NCBI RefSeq assembly: GCF_036321535.1
Contig: NC_087437.1
Coordinates: 50,966,001 to 51,030,000, forward strand
Length of the DNA stretch: 64,000 bases
Origin: Camelus dromedarius
Lineage: Eukaryota
Reading direction: 5' to 3'
Made by a program: the position numbers and the translations under genes. This document shows, piece after piece, positions 13,990 to 26,945 of the stretch. The notes under the pieces were generated by a model. The model searched no databases. It saw only the letters and a program-made list of their open reading frames with translations, and was not told where the DNA came from. Positions within the stretch are counted from its first letter, which is position 1. Each line of letters starts with the position of its first letter.

Positions 13990-14850
13990 TTTCATTCATT
14001 TATTCACTGCCTATTTAGTGAGCACCTACTATCTGACAGATATTATTCTAGGTACTAAGAACCTGGTGTGAACAGGTTGGAAAGGACTGAAATTTAAATC
14101 TGGCAAGAGAAACAGAAAGGTAAGTAAACAAAGAAGTAATGACATTTTAATTTGTGATAAGTGCTATGGATAAAAGAAATAAGGCAATTAAATGAAGAAT
14201 AATGGAAGTCTCAGGAGGAGCTACTTTAGAAAGAATAATCAGGAAAAGCCTTCCCATGGAGGTGATATCTGAGTAGAGACCTGAAGGCTGAGAAGGATGC
14301 AGCCTTAACAGAGTCAGTAAAAGAGCATTCCAGGCAGAGGGAACAGAAAGTGCAAAGCCCCCGAGGTAAGCAAGAGACTAGTTCATTCAAGGAAAAATGG
14401 TTGCAGCATAGTGAGTGAAAGAGAATGGACTATACAACCTTAAGAAGAAGACAGGGACTGGATCATAAAGGCTTTTGTAAGTGATGGTTAAGAGTTTGAA
14501 TTTTATTTTATATAAAATGAGACAATAATAGAGGATTTAAGCAGAGCATTGACATTGGATTTAATGTTTAAAATTCACTCTGATGATGTAGAGAACAGAC
14601 TCAACAAGGGAAGGGTGGAAGAAGAGAGACCAGAACAGAGAGCTTGGCAGCAGCCCAGGAAGAGTTGATGGTGCCTTAGAGGAGGGGATGAGCATAGAGA
14701 CAGAAAAAAGAGGATGGATTTGGAATACATTCTTCAGGTAGAACTGACCAGTCTTGTTTATGGACTGGAAGCAGGGGATGAGGAAAGGGAGAAAATCCAA
14801 ATCTTAGATCTGGGGTTTAAGCAACTGGTTGGAAGGTGATGCTTTTTATT
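13990..14850 (+). mobile_element. L2 LINE 3' region
   Basis: It starts with TTCATTCATTTATTCA...TATTTAGTGAGCACCTACT and continues with a typical L2 body (GAGCATTCCAGGCAGAGGGAACAG). Confidence 0.75.
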
Positions 14851-17800
14851 ATTACAGGTATTTAGAGCTTATTCTTTTTCCCATGGGACTACGTAGGGGG
14901 TTTTTTTGTGGGTTTTTTTCAGAGACTCTACCATCTCTGGAAATCTTGCAGTGGCAGTGTCCTTGCTGGAGGTAAATGCATCTCCTAGGGCTGATCACTT
15001 AAAATTCTTCCCACCTTGGACTTCAGTGGTATATCTCCAGGATTTGCTCGTGGTTTGTTTGTTTTTTCTCCAAGGACCCCTTTTGAGCAGAATCTAAGAA
15101 AACTCATGCCTGCTCTCTATGTGTGCACTACGTCAGGGCCATGGGAGGCACCTAAGCCTCATTGGCCCAAAACTCTGGGAGAACAGCCATCCCCAACACA
15201 GAGTCTCTTTACTCTGCCATCAAAGGAGCCGCCAACCACAGTCAGACTCCAGTGCTCTGTGTCCCACTCTCCAGGAGCTCCCCCAGTAAAGCCCCTTTCA
15301 CTAAACTGGCTGGTAAGAGCAAACACTCTCACTGCTTCCCTACTGTGGGGAAAAACTTATATTGCAGATCTCTCTAAAGTAATTTTCACTCCAATTTCCT
15401 GTGCATTTTGGTATCTTTAACCTTTTTCATAAACTGGAAGTATTTAATCAACTAAGGGAGATAAAACCCACTTTTGGTCAATCCTTCGCAAGTCCTGGCT
15501 AATTATCTCCTTGAATCATTTGCTAAGATTGTGTTGGGAAGACAAAGCTGAAGACAAAATAGGATGAGTCCTATTCTACAATCCTGTGCACCAAGAAAAC
15601 TGAGAAAGAGCCACCAAAGGGAAACTTAAAAACCAGGGGAACATGATACAGCAGAAGCTGAAGGGTACTCAGGTAGTCACGTGTTGCTAAAAGGTGGAAT
15701 AAGATGAAGACAAAAAAAAAAAAAAAATGCCCACTGAATTTGGTGTCTTATGCTGCTCCATTTCAGTGTACTGTTAGGGACAAAAGTTAAATTGACATGT
15801 TAGATACTTTCCCAGAATCTGTCCTCCCCTTCTTCCTGGCAAACAGAACCCATATGGCCAGCTCCATTGTAAACCCTGATCGATCCAAGCCAATCACTAT
15901 AGTCTACCCTCCTCTGGCAATGATTTGTTTAGGAATGGGCATGTGATATAATTCTGGTTGAGATGTGAGAGGAAGTCTGTTGGAAGATTTCTGCAGAGGT
16001 CTCTTTTTTTTTTTTTTTTTTTTTTTTAAGAAAAAAGAGAAACTAGGAAAAGGCAGCTCCTCTTCTTACATTGGCTATTGTCAGTTTTAGGTGTGACAGT
16101 TCTATGGAAACCATCTCAGTACCAGCCTGAGGATAAAATGGACGCCAAAGAGGAGGACAGAGCCAAAAGAACTGCCACAAAGCAGAGCCAGAGTCCATGC
16201 CCGGAGCCCACTCTACCTGTGGAGTTCTTGTTATTTAAACTCATTAGTCTGTCTCCATTTTATTTCACACAGCTGATTTAAAGTTCTCTGTTATTTCATA
16301 CCAAAAGCAGCCTGAAGGTAAAAAATAGGTTTAAGGGAGATGAAAAATTGGAGGCAGATAACTCTTTTGAGATGTTTTTCTTGGCAGCTGGAGAGAGATG
16401 AAGGATCTAGTGAAGGCTTTTTTAAAGATGGGAGGCACAGTAGCCAGTTTGTACATGTGACACCTTCTGATAGGAATGAACCAGCAGAGAGGGGGAAAGG
16501 CAGAGTGCCAATACAAGCATCTTCTTGCCACCTCACTTAAAGTCCACAGCCTCTCCTGGAGTCTCCCTCACTGATCTTGCTAATGCCCCCATAAAGAAGG
16601 GCCACCAGTTCTCACAGTATTGTTTCCATTGTCTGACTACAACTGCTTGCAAGCTCCCTCCCTGGTGGTCTGTTAGTGGAATCCCTCCAGCTTTCTCTGC
16701 ACTCTTTCTTTGTCTGGAGAAAGGCAATGGCTGATCCCTGCAGGACTGGTCTCTCTAGGACAACCCCTGCTCAAGAGAGGCTGACAGGAGCCCTGCTTTT
16801 TATTTTCTTGAGGTTCCTCCCAAGGAGACCCTAATCTTAACAAAAATTTACTTCCCCTCACAAAGAAATACAGGGTACCCAAGAGCCCAGCTTGCAATTA
16901 ATTGCTTGTCCTCCAAGCTGAGCCTACCCCTAAGCCCCATTTCGCCCAGAGCTGCAGGTGGATCGACTTAATGAAGTTTGCTGTTACTTAACCTCCTCCC
17001 TCCTTAATATTCTACTTTCCAGTTATAATTGCACAAAAAGAGTATATAGGCCCTCTCCTCCAAGGTGGGAGGCCTGGTCTCCAAGTCAACAGCTCTCTCC
17101 CTCTCCTAGCCATCTGAAGCCATATGCAAACTAACTTAGGGTACAGGGTCTTTCCCCAGGGGAACAGAAACATTCAGTCCCATCTGAGGCTTGTGCTAAA
17201 TCTGACTATGTATTTACTGAACAACTAAATGGTAATCCAAAAGAGCACTGCTGTAAAGCGCTTCCAGTAAAAATATAAAAACAATGCAAAGGACCAAGTA
17301 AAGAACAACATTGATTTGCCTTTCTATTGCTTCCTGTAGAGAGAAATTTGTTCTACATTTTACTTCCCCTATTCATTTAGCATAAAACAAGATATGTAGC
17401 CTAAAACATTTAATACTCATGCTATGAGGTACGATTATCTACAGTCATAAAGAAACACCTGGTAAAGCCAGACAACTGAGTTTCATTTCCTTATGAAATT
17501 TCAATAATTCATTAACCAAAACACTATAATGGACCAAATATTTTAAATATCTAAAACAAACTCCCTTTGTTAATTAAATTTAAATAGATTTACTAGTTCT
17601 TGTCTTACCACATTTTCTTACTAATGTAATTTTGGCTAAAATACAGACTGTGCTTAAGTAAAGAGGAACAAATGAGCCAAATATTCACTTTCTAAAATCT
17701 TCTCACTGACCTATAGTCCCTACGAATGAAATTTTCCATTTAGAACAATAATTTAGACAAAGTCACACTTAAAGATTTTAATGATTTGGAGTAAAGCATT

Positions 17801-18121
17801 CTAATACTAAATTAATTTACTTTCTGGCCTTATTATATTAAAATTTGCACCTCTGCATACTTAAGACTTAGCTGCCGTATATCCTTTTTTTAGAATTGGA
17901 CAGTTATTAATTAATTAAATATTTTTGTAATGGTCTTTCTCTAGATAATGAGTCCTTGAAATGAACATCAACAATTTATAGCTACAGGAGACCCTTTTGG
18001 GGATTCCTCTGAGATCTCCCTTGCCCCATGGGGGTAATTTTCATAGACATGTTCTTGTTGATTTCACTTTTTTGGCCACATTTGATTGATCCAAGGATAG
18101 ACACCTGGCCAAGCTGGGCCC

Positions 18122-18950
18122 ATGCAAACTACAATGAGGTATCACCTCACACCAGTCAGAACGGTCATCATTAAAAAGCCCACAAACGATCGATGCTGGA
18201 GAGAGTGTAGAGAAAAGGGAACCCTCCTACACAACTGGTGGGAATGTAGTTTGGTGAAACTATTATGGAAAACAGTATGGAGATTCCTTAAAAAACTGAA
18301 AATAGACTTATCCTATGATCCAGCAATCCCACTCCTGGGCATATATCTGGAGGAAGCTCTAATTCAAAAAGACACATGCATCCCAATGTTCATAGCAGCA
18401 CTATTCACAATAGCTAAGACATGTAAGCAACCTGAATGTCCACTGACAGATGATTGGATAAAGAAGATGTGGTGTATATATATACAATGGAATACTACTC
18501 AGATACAAAAAAGAGTAAAATAATGCCATTTGCAGCAACATGGATGGACGTAGAGATTGTCATACTAAGTGCAGTAAGCCAGAAATAGAAAGAAAAATAC
18601 CATATGATATTACTCATATGTAGAATCTGAAAAAAAAGGACACTAACGAATTCATCTACAAAACAAATAGATTTGCAGACATAGTAAATAATCTTATGGT
18701 TACTGGGGAAAGGCAATGGGAAGGGATAAATTTGGGAGTCTGAGATTTGCAAATGATAATCACTATATATAAAAATAGATAAAAACAAATTTCTTCTGTA
18801 TAGCGCAAGGAACTATCTCATAGTGGCCTTTCATGAAAAAGAATATTAAAATAAATATATGTGTATATATGCATGACTGGGACATTGTACTGTACATCAG
18901 AAATTGACACATTGTAACTCTATACTTCAATAAAGGAAAGGAAAAAAAAA
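18122..18950 (+). mobile_element. Relatively young 5'-truncated L1 (ORF2 C-terminus, 3' UTR and A tail)
   Basis: ORF 18122-18523 ([11 protein letters not shown]...CWREC...HNWWEC...YDPAIPLLGIY...MFIAALFTIAK) is the L1 ORF2 cysteine-rich C-terminus. Its 3' end is nearly identical to the copies at 9.3 and 42.4 kb. Confidence 0.92.
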
Positions 18951-18959
18951 GGAAATAAG

Positions 18960-20212
18960 AAATAAATCCTGAAAAGAATTCTTCAAGATGAAATGAGAGG
19001 ATGTTAGTAACATGAATATGTACAACATATCAGTAAAGGTAAGAATATATAGTCAAATTCAGAATGCTCTAATATTAGAATATGGTGGTGCGTTAATCAC
19101 TTAACTCTAGTATAAAGGTTAAAGGACAAAAGTACTAAAAATAACTACAGCTACAATAATTTGTTAATGGATATATAATACAAAAAAATGTTAAGTTGTG
19201 ACATTCAAAAACATAAAATGTGAGGGGAGAGTAAAAAGGTAGAGTTTTTATATGTAATCAAAGGTAAGTTGTTATCAGCTTAAAATAGACTGTTATACCT
19301 CTAGAATGTTTTATGTAAGCCTTATGATAACCACAAAGCAAAAACCTACAGCAGACACACAAAATATAAAGAGAAGGGAATCAAAGCATACCACCGTGAA
19401 AAATCATCAATTCACAAAGGAAGACAGCAAAACAAGAAGAAATAAACAAGGGAATAAAACAGCCAGAAAACAATCAATAATGTGGCATCACTCAGTCTTT
19501 ATCTATCACTAATTAATTTAAATGTAAATAGATTAAAAATTTCAATCAAAAGGCATAGGATGGCTGAATGGATTTTTTTAAAAAGAAGAACTTGCTGTCC
19601 ACAAGAGACTCGCATAACCTGAAGGACACACATAGGCTGAAAGTAAAGATGGAAAAAGATATTCCATGCAAATGGAAACCAAAAAAGAGCATAGAGAGCT
19701 GTACTTATACCAGACAAAATAGACTTTAAGTCAAAAACTGTAACAAGAGACAAAGGAGGTTATTTTATAATGAAAAAGTGTCAATCCTTCAAGAGGATAT
19801 ACCAATCATATATGCACTCAACATCAGAGCAGCTAAATATATTGAGCAAATACAATAATAGTAGGGGATTTTAACACCCTACTTTCAACAATAGATAGAT
19901 CATTCAGACAGAAAAACAATAAAGAAACATTGGATTTGAATTATACTTTAGACCACATAGACCTAACAGACACACACAGTACATTCCATCCAACAAGAGC
20001 AAAATAAACATTTTTCTCAATGCACATGGAATATTCTTCAGGATAAATTATATATTAGGTCAGAAAACAAGTTTTAGCAAATTCTAGAAGATTGAAATCA
20101 TACCAAGTATCTTTCTGATCACAATGGTATGAAACTAGAAATCAATAACGGGAGGAAAGCTGGAAGATTCACAAATATGTGAAAATTAAACATTATACTC
20201 CTGAACAACCAG
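18960..20212 (+). mobile_element. Older degenerate L1 fragment (inter-ORF region and ORF2 endonuclease N-terminus)
   Basis: Decayed L1 endonuclease-coding motifs (TTAAATGTAAATAGATTAAA, CAAGAGACTC, AAGATATTCCATGCAAATGGAAACCAAAA, TCTGATCACAATGGTATGAAACTAGAAATC) occur with stops and frameshifts. Confidence 0.85.
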
Positions 20213-20814
20213 AGTCTGAAATGAGCCACCTTTGAAGTCCTAGCCTCCTGTGAGGCTGGAGGTGGGTGACAGAGGCTGATATTTGCAGGATCAGCTCTGT
20301 TATCTTTTAGGAAGCTCTGAAGATATGTCCAACAATATTCTTTAGAAGGGGGACAGGTATTTATCAGCAGCTTTGAGAGCTTAGCCAAAATTCTGAGACA
20401 TCAGAAAAATCCCATTTCATATCCTTTTATGTTAACAATAATTCAGTTCCTTTTCTTGACATGGTTGCTGGTTACTGGGGTGAATTTTTTTAAGAAAAAT
20501 TTATTGAACTGTGTGATTATGCTTTGTGTACTTGTCTTTATGTAGGTTTGACTTGCATAAAATTTACTTATGGGAAATGATCCTGAAACCACTGTGAGTT
20601 GGATTCTGTGCCGGGCATTTTACATATCTTATCTCATTGAATCAGGCTTACTACCATTTATTAAGTACTTACTATATATTAGCACTATATCATATTCTTT
20701 CTTTAAATTTTTATTGTGATATATAACATATAAACAGAATATATTCAATTTAACAAATAGTTATAAAGTGAACACACATGTAACCACCATCCAGATCAAA
20801 AAATATATTGCCAT

Positions 20815-20965
20815 TGGGGGAGGGTATAGCTCAGTGGTAGAGTGTATGCCCAGTATGCACGAGGACGTGGATTCAATCCCCAGTACCTCCTCTAAAAATA
20901 AATAAACAGACAGAGAAATAAACAAACTTAATTCCCCCCCAAAACAAACAAAAATTTTGTTTAAA
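20815..20965 (+). mobile_element. tRNA(Ala)-derived SINE, vic-1-like (camelid)
   Basis: GGGGAGGGTATAGCTCAGTGGTAGAG (A box) ... GGATTCAATCCCCAGTACCTCC (B box) is followed by an A-rich tail. The TSD is ATATTGCCAT (20805-20814 / 20966-20975). Confidence 0.88.
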
Positions 20966-21527
20966 ATATTGCCATCACCCCAGAAGCCCTTCTCATGTAT
21001 CCTTTCCTGATAACAACCCCCTGAAATATTCTTCATATGAATTATTTGATTTAATCCTTACAAGAACCCTGGGAAATTATCAGTGGTTGCAAGCTGAAAA
21101 ATTCCCAGAGCTTATCTAGTTCTGAGACACATTTGAGTTCTGATCAGCCAGAGTGCAAAAACCTCACTGAGCACCTGGGACGTTCAGCAAGGACCCCAGA
21201 CAAGGTTTAGGTCTTTCTCTGTCTGACTTATTTCACATAGCATAATGCCCTCAAGGTTCATCCATGGATCAGGCATCTTAATCAGAAATTGAGTCTTCAG
21301 TCCCAGTTCAGTTTCTATGTCACTGGGTTCTGCCCTGCTCTCCTTACCCAGCAGGTGGACCAACTCCTGAGGTCCCCTCTCTGAACCTGTAGCTCCTGCA
21401 GCATTGTGCTTATCTCCCTAACCGTGAATTCCTAGACTTGCCTGGACACTGGCCACTAGAACCTACTCCTTTACCTGCCCCACTCTCATGAGTCCTAGGC
21501 TCTGGTTCCAGCTACCTAGGGTCTGGC

Positions 21528-22040
21528 TCACTCATTCATTCAGCAAGCACTTATTGAGCACCTGCTATGTATTAGGAACAAAGCAAGGTCCTGGAGATAC
21601 AGGATACCGACATGAACAGGACAGACATAGTCACTTTTCCAAAGAAGTTATAGTCTAGTGGTGGATACAGACAAGCCATAAGACAGAGCATTGTGATGAG
21701 TCCTATGGGCAAACAGGTCCAGGGAGCTTTGAAAGTGTAGAAGATAGATTCTTCATTTGGACTTTAGGTTTAAGAAAGAGTTTTTTGAGGTAATAAAATC
21801 AAAGCTAAGAACTGAAGGGTGGGTAGGAATTTGCCAGAAGGTTAGAAAGAGTTGTAAAATGTTCTAGGCCCAAGGTTCTCAAAATGTGTTTCCAGACCAG
21901 CAGCATCAGCCTCAACTGAGAACTTGCTAGAAATGCAAGTTCCCAGGCCCTTCCCCAGACATACAGAATCAGACATTCTAGGTGTCAGGCGCATCGATAT
22001 TTGTGCTTCTGGTGCATAGCGTAATTTAAGAATCACTGAT
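21528..22040. mobile_element. L2 fragment (21528-21850) followed by MER5A-like MITE (21868-22038)
   Basis: CATTCATTCAGCAAGCACTTATTGAGCACCTGCTATG is followed by GGTTCTCAAAATGTG...CAGCAGCATCAGC...GAACTTGCTAGAAATGCAA. Confidence 0.7.
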
Positions 22041-22199
22041 CTAGGCTGAGGAACAAAATGTACAAAGGCCCGGAGAGAATGTGGCTTCTCGCCACATTCA
22101 TACTCTAGTTATGAGAATGACAATTCCAGTGTCTCATCTGAGATGGCAACTCCAGGCCCAGTTCAGTCCCTGCGTGACAGAAAAATAGAAAAGGGAGGG

Positions 22200-22420
22200 A
22201 CTACCGTTTGTTAAATACATAGTATACACCTAAGCTTCACATAGTTTCTTTTATCTAATTCTCACTACATGCCTATTTTCATGCCCTTTTCACAGATGTG
22301 GAAACTGAGGTTCAGAGACAGTAAGGAACTTTGCTTAACTTCACGAGCTAGTAAGTAATAGAACAGGGATTTGAACCCAGTTCTCTCTGACTCCAAAACT
22401 TAAGGATTTTTCCCACTGCT
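22200..22420. mobile_element. MIR SINE (representative; similar MIR cores near 0.55, 3.4, 13.2, 27.7, 29.6, 32.1, 36.6, 49.5 and 57.8-58.2 kb)
   Basis: Core TTTCACAGATGTGGAAACTGAGGTTCAGAGA...GGATTTGAACCCAG...CTGACTCCAAA. Confidence 0.75.
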
Positions 22421-23666
22421 TCCAGGGGAAAAGAGTTAAGATTCAGAGATTGGGACAAGATCAGAACATGAGTTGGGCCCTTGGATGAAGAGTATCAGGT
22501 AGGGTGGAGAAAGGAACTGCAAGCCGTCTCTCCTGGTGTTCCCTCCTCTGGGACTCCCACTCCCCAGTGAGGAGACGACCAGTAGGCAAGAGCAAGGAGG
22601 CCAAGCTCTTCCAATCAGGACTGAAATGGGAGTGAGAAAGCCAAGCCCAGGCCTTCTCATTTGAAAAATCCTTGGTAAAGCCTAATCAAAGTCTATGTTT
22701 CAGACTGAAGACTTGTTGGGAATAAATGGTACAATTATCAGGAAAGCAATTTGGTAATACGTAGTAAGAACCGTAAGCTTTCAGATGCTGACCTAATCAT
22801 ATCTATGAATAAAACATAAACATGAAAATAGTCATGCTATTAAGAGAAAAGGTGGAATAAAATTATATAAACCACATGATTCCAGTGTTTAAAATGCCAA
22901 ATAAAAAGACTAGAACAGAATTCACCAAAATGTTAAAATAGTTTTCCCCCATCTAATACAAAATAGCCTAAATTTAAGAGAATGATTTATATAACAAGAT
23001 GTCCTTTACAGTATTTTAACAGCAAACAACTAGAAGCAATCTAAATATCCAACACAATGAAGAGGGATAAATAAATTATGTTTCAATCATGCGATAGAAT
23101 ACAATCGTCAAAAGTGACAATTTGAAAAAGTATTTCTGTCAAGTCTTTATGCTCCTGCCTGCACCCAGCTGCCCCAGGAGGCAGAACCCAGACATCTTTC
23201 CAAAATCATGGTGAGAGGCAGAGCCACAGAGGGCAAAAATCAGCCACCTTTCCTGGGGCTTCCTGCAAATTTTCAGTCATGAGATAAAGTCCTAGCTTTC
23301 CTCACTCAAAGAACTCGTGCCACCGTGTAGAGATTAAATATGGACCCAGGAGCCCCCGATTAAATGGGGCTTAGATTTAAACAGAAAGCAGTGTGTTTAA
23401 ATCTCATCTCTTGCCTGCTTGTCCCTCAGCCCCCTACACGTCCCAGATAGTGAATTTCCTGTAAATAGAAATGCAATCAATTCACCTCTGAGTCCCTGAG
23501 GAGGAGAGCATCACCGTTTTCACTTCAATCGTGCTTTTGCCCATGGCTGCCGCTTATTCTGCACTGGGGTGGGCCATGCCCTGGACTTTATACCCAGAGT
23601 TAGTCAGCTGCTGCCCACAGACTAAATCTGGTCCATCACTGGCTTTGTAGGTGGTTTACTGGAAGA

Positions 23667-23669
<3 letters not shown>

Positions 23670-23707
<38 letters not shown>

Positions 23708-23711
23708 ACAC
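23670..23711. repeat. (CA)n microsatellite, about 20 units with one interruption
   Basis: Directly visible. Confidence 0.95.
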
Positions 23712-25586
23712 GCAGAGTATATTTGTGACCATGAGAATAGTCATACTATTTACTAAGGAAAAAAGTGGGGGGAAATTATATATACAGTGCACTTCCAATT
23801 TTTAAATGCTTAACGAAAAGAGTAGGAGGAAATATACCAAAATGTTAAAATAGCGTCTCCCTCATCTAATATATCTGTTAGAATAATTATGCCCACTGCA
23901 CAGATGCAGAAGCAGAGTGATTGTCTCTGAAGAGTGGAATTGTGGGTGGCTCATTCCATTTCTTTATACTGCTATCTATATTTTCTATAATTCTACCCCT
24001 TCTTCCCATCCCAAGAGGTGGGAGGCTGGATACTGAAGGAAAAATCCAAAGACGATCCCTGATGCTCAAATGAATCTCCTCTGCCCAAAGACACAGCCTG
24101 CCATCTGTCATGGGCCTCTGGGGACATGAGGATGCAGGAGGGCATTGGGCTTCCCTGAGAGGTCTGGTCCCCTGAAAGCCTAGAAAGACTATCCTGTAGG
24201 TGCAGCTATATATAAAATTCAATTAAATTTAAGTTGTAAAAACCTGAGCCCTCCCTGATTAAGTAAAATTAATTCAATTTCTGTTTTTAAAAAACCCAAT
24301 CCAAGGAGGACTATGACCTCCTCTCAGGGAAATTTGGAAATTTCCTGGTGCTGTCTCAGACTTCCAGCCTCCATTTCTGCTTTATCCACTCCTCTGGCTC
24401 AGAATCTCTTTATAAACCAGAGAACCTTGCTTCCCTCTGATTGTTTACTGATCTAATGCCTCTTTATGCCCACAGCTCACCCGGATCCTGTCTGAGAACA
24501 TTGGTGACCCAGCCCTCGGCTTCTATCAAGCCCCTGACTCCCTGCTCTTTGCCTCTGCTGGTCACCCACCCAGCCAGCACCCTTGCACCTGTTCTCCGTC
24601 CTGTCCTTTGCACACAGATAGACACAATATTTTGTTAGTGAATGCCGTGATGCAGAGGAGGAGTCAGATTTTATTTCTGGTGGTGACATCAGCAAGAGTT
24701 TGAGCAGCCCCTGGCTATGGTTAAAAGCACAGAAACTAGTTCAGACAATTCAAGTGCTCTTCATTTTTGCTAATTCTATCTCTCTGTCTGCACTTGCCAC
24801 CGCCTCTCTTTTTCCACCAAGCTCTGCTGTTACCATTACATTACTTCTCAAATAGAAATTCTCTGATTCCAAGTGGAGTCAGACCCATCAAAAAGCTCCC
24901 AGTGTTTCTTTAATAAAGGTTGGGAACTGATGAAATAAGCAGAGGGAAAGGTCTCCAGCAGCACTGCATGGCTCCCTGCTCTGCAAGGTTTTACACTTTA
25001 CCTCTCTCCAGGCTGCAAATTCACCTTACACTTTAGGGCAAATTTCATTCCTGGGCAATTTGGGGTGACTGGACCAATAATTCTGGCCTCTGTATCCTAG
25101 TCTTGTGGCCAGTTCCACTCTAAACCTGCCAAAGGTTTGTAACCAAGCCCCTGTCTTGAAACCTGAGGTGACCTTGATCCCTTTCTTGGGTTCCCAAGTC
25201 AAAGCCAGCTTGGCATCCCAGGGATGTGAAGGCAGCTACCCTACAGAAGGGCCAAGTCCTTCTCAGGTACTGTCTCAGGTACTTTGACAGATGCTGTTGT
25301 GAGTGTTGTGGGCAGAAGTAAGAGGACCCATCCTCGGGTCTTGGCTTAGCTCTGGCCTAAGGCAAAGGGGATGGACCTTGGGTGGTAACCAAGGGGCATC
25401 AGTCAGACCTCAATGGGAAGGGAGCCTTAGAAACTGATCCCCAGCCCACCAGCTGCTGGGGCTCTGCCCTGCCTCCTGCTGGGCTCTGAGAGGGCTTCTA
25501 AATTAGGATGGGTTTAGCCAGCAGAGGATATCTATGACTTCAGTTAGGAGGGATGGGGCCAGACAAGGTCAGATTTCTTTCCCTTC

Positions 25587-26006
25587 TGTAATAGTCTGGG
25601 TTCCCCAGAGACCAGAAACAAGGGAAATTATTGTACGGAATTGGCTCACACAATTATGGAGGCTAAGAAGCCCCAAGATCTGCAGTTGATAAGCTGGAGA
25701 GCAAAGGGAACCAATGAACAGTATAGTTCCAGTCCAAGTCTGTCCCAATGGCAGGAGAAGACTGATGTCCCAGCTCAAAGACAATCAGGCAGAACACAAA
25801 TGCCTTTCACTTTTTGCTCTATTCAGGTCTTCAAACAATTGGGTGAAGCCCACCCACACTGAGAAGTACAGTCTGCCTTATTTAGTCGACAGAGTCAAAC
25901 AGTAATCTCATCCAGAAACACTCCACAAACACAGCCAGAAATAATGTTTGACCAAGTGTCTGGGTACCCCATGGTCCAATCAAGTTGACACTTAAAACTA
26001 ACCACA
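25587..26006 (-). mobile_element. MLT2-type ERVL solo LTR
   Basis: GGAATTGGCTCACACAATTATGGAGGCT...CAAGATCTGCAG...CAAGTTGACACTTAAAACTAACCACA. Confidence 0.8.
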
Positions 26007-26419
26007 CCCTCATGGGGCTTCAGTTTCCTCAATGTAGAATATCTGGTGATATTCAGTTTTATTTCTGTTTCTGTGAACTTACCAGAAGGCCTAGCACATT
26101 CTGTAATCAGACAGGATAATACTATTATCTAGAAGTTATGTGTTGTGAGAAGCAAATTAGATAATATGTAGGAAAGAAATCTATAAAACAGTGAGATTAT
26201 TATTCCTTATTAAGATTATAAAAGTGCTCTGTAAGGTTTGTGTGATTATTATTGCTACTAATTATCATAATTATCATGTCTTCTCTCTGGCTTTTAACCA
26301 TTATAACCTGTTAGTTATGCAACTATTACTATCAGTTACATCTTGCAGACCTACTGTTCCAATACATTGTCACAATGTTTCACCCACCATCATTTCAGTC
26401 ATTGTCAACTTTGGTACCT

Positions 26420-26945
26420 GTTTTAAAATGTAGGTTTCATCATTTTTCAAGTATAGTGAAGTCAGCCTGTGAGATGATTGCCATTGAACGGTTAGTTTGT
26501 TACTCACAGTTCCCAAAAGGAGGCGACACATCATGCCACATATGGCCACATGAGGAAGCACTAGGGTCAATAATGGGGCAGAGGAAGAGAGTGGAAAACA
26601 ACGACAAGAACCTTTATCATGCTTTTTAGAGGAAGGAATATGTGAGGCCGGGTAAGCAGGTTTAGGATTGGCTTGTTGGAATAATTTCAGCAGACTCTGG
26701 GGCAGAGGGGCTGTCCCTAGCTGTCAGGTACCTAGATCTGGGGCAATTAGGACAGAGGAAGTGGCCCAAAGGGGAGAGTCTTGTGAGCAGCTGATAAAGC
26801 AGGTGGTTGGGGTATGGTCTTGGATTGGTTGGATTGCATATGAAACTCTCAGGGGAGTTGTTTGCTCTCCATAGGAATTTGCTAACCCTGGGAGGGACAG
26901 CACCTTCTAGTGTCAGCAAGGCCCAAAAAGCATCAAAATAAAAAG
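26420..26945. mobile_element. Probable ERV solo LTR, family unassigned
   Basis: An LTR-like block (TTTGTTACTCACAGTTCCC...GGTAAGCAGGTTTAGGATTGGC...GGATTGGTTGGATTGCATATGAAA). Confidence 0.5.

Noticed and set aside
18122..18523. 133-aa ORF as a host gene
   Set aside because: It is the C-terminal remnant of L1 ORF2 in a 5'-truncated element.
20815..20890. tRNA-like sequences (also at 33.5 and 59.9 kb) as tRNA genes
   Set aside because: A-rich tails, a TSD and divergence among copies identify them as SINEs.
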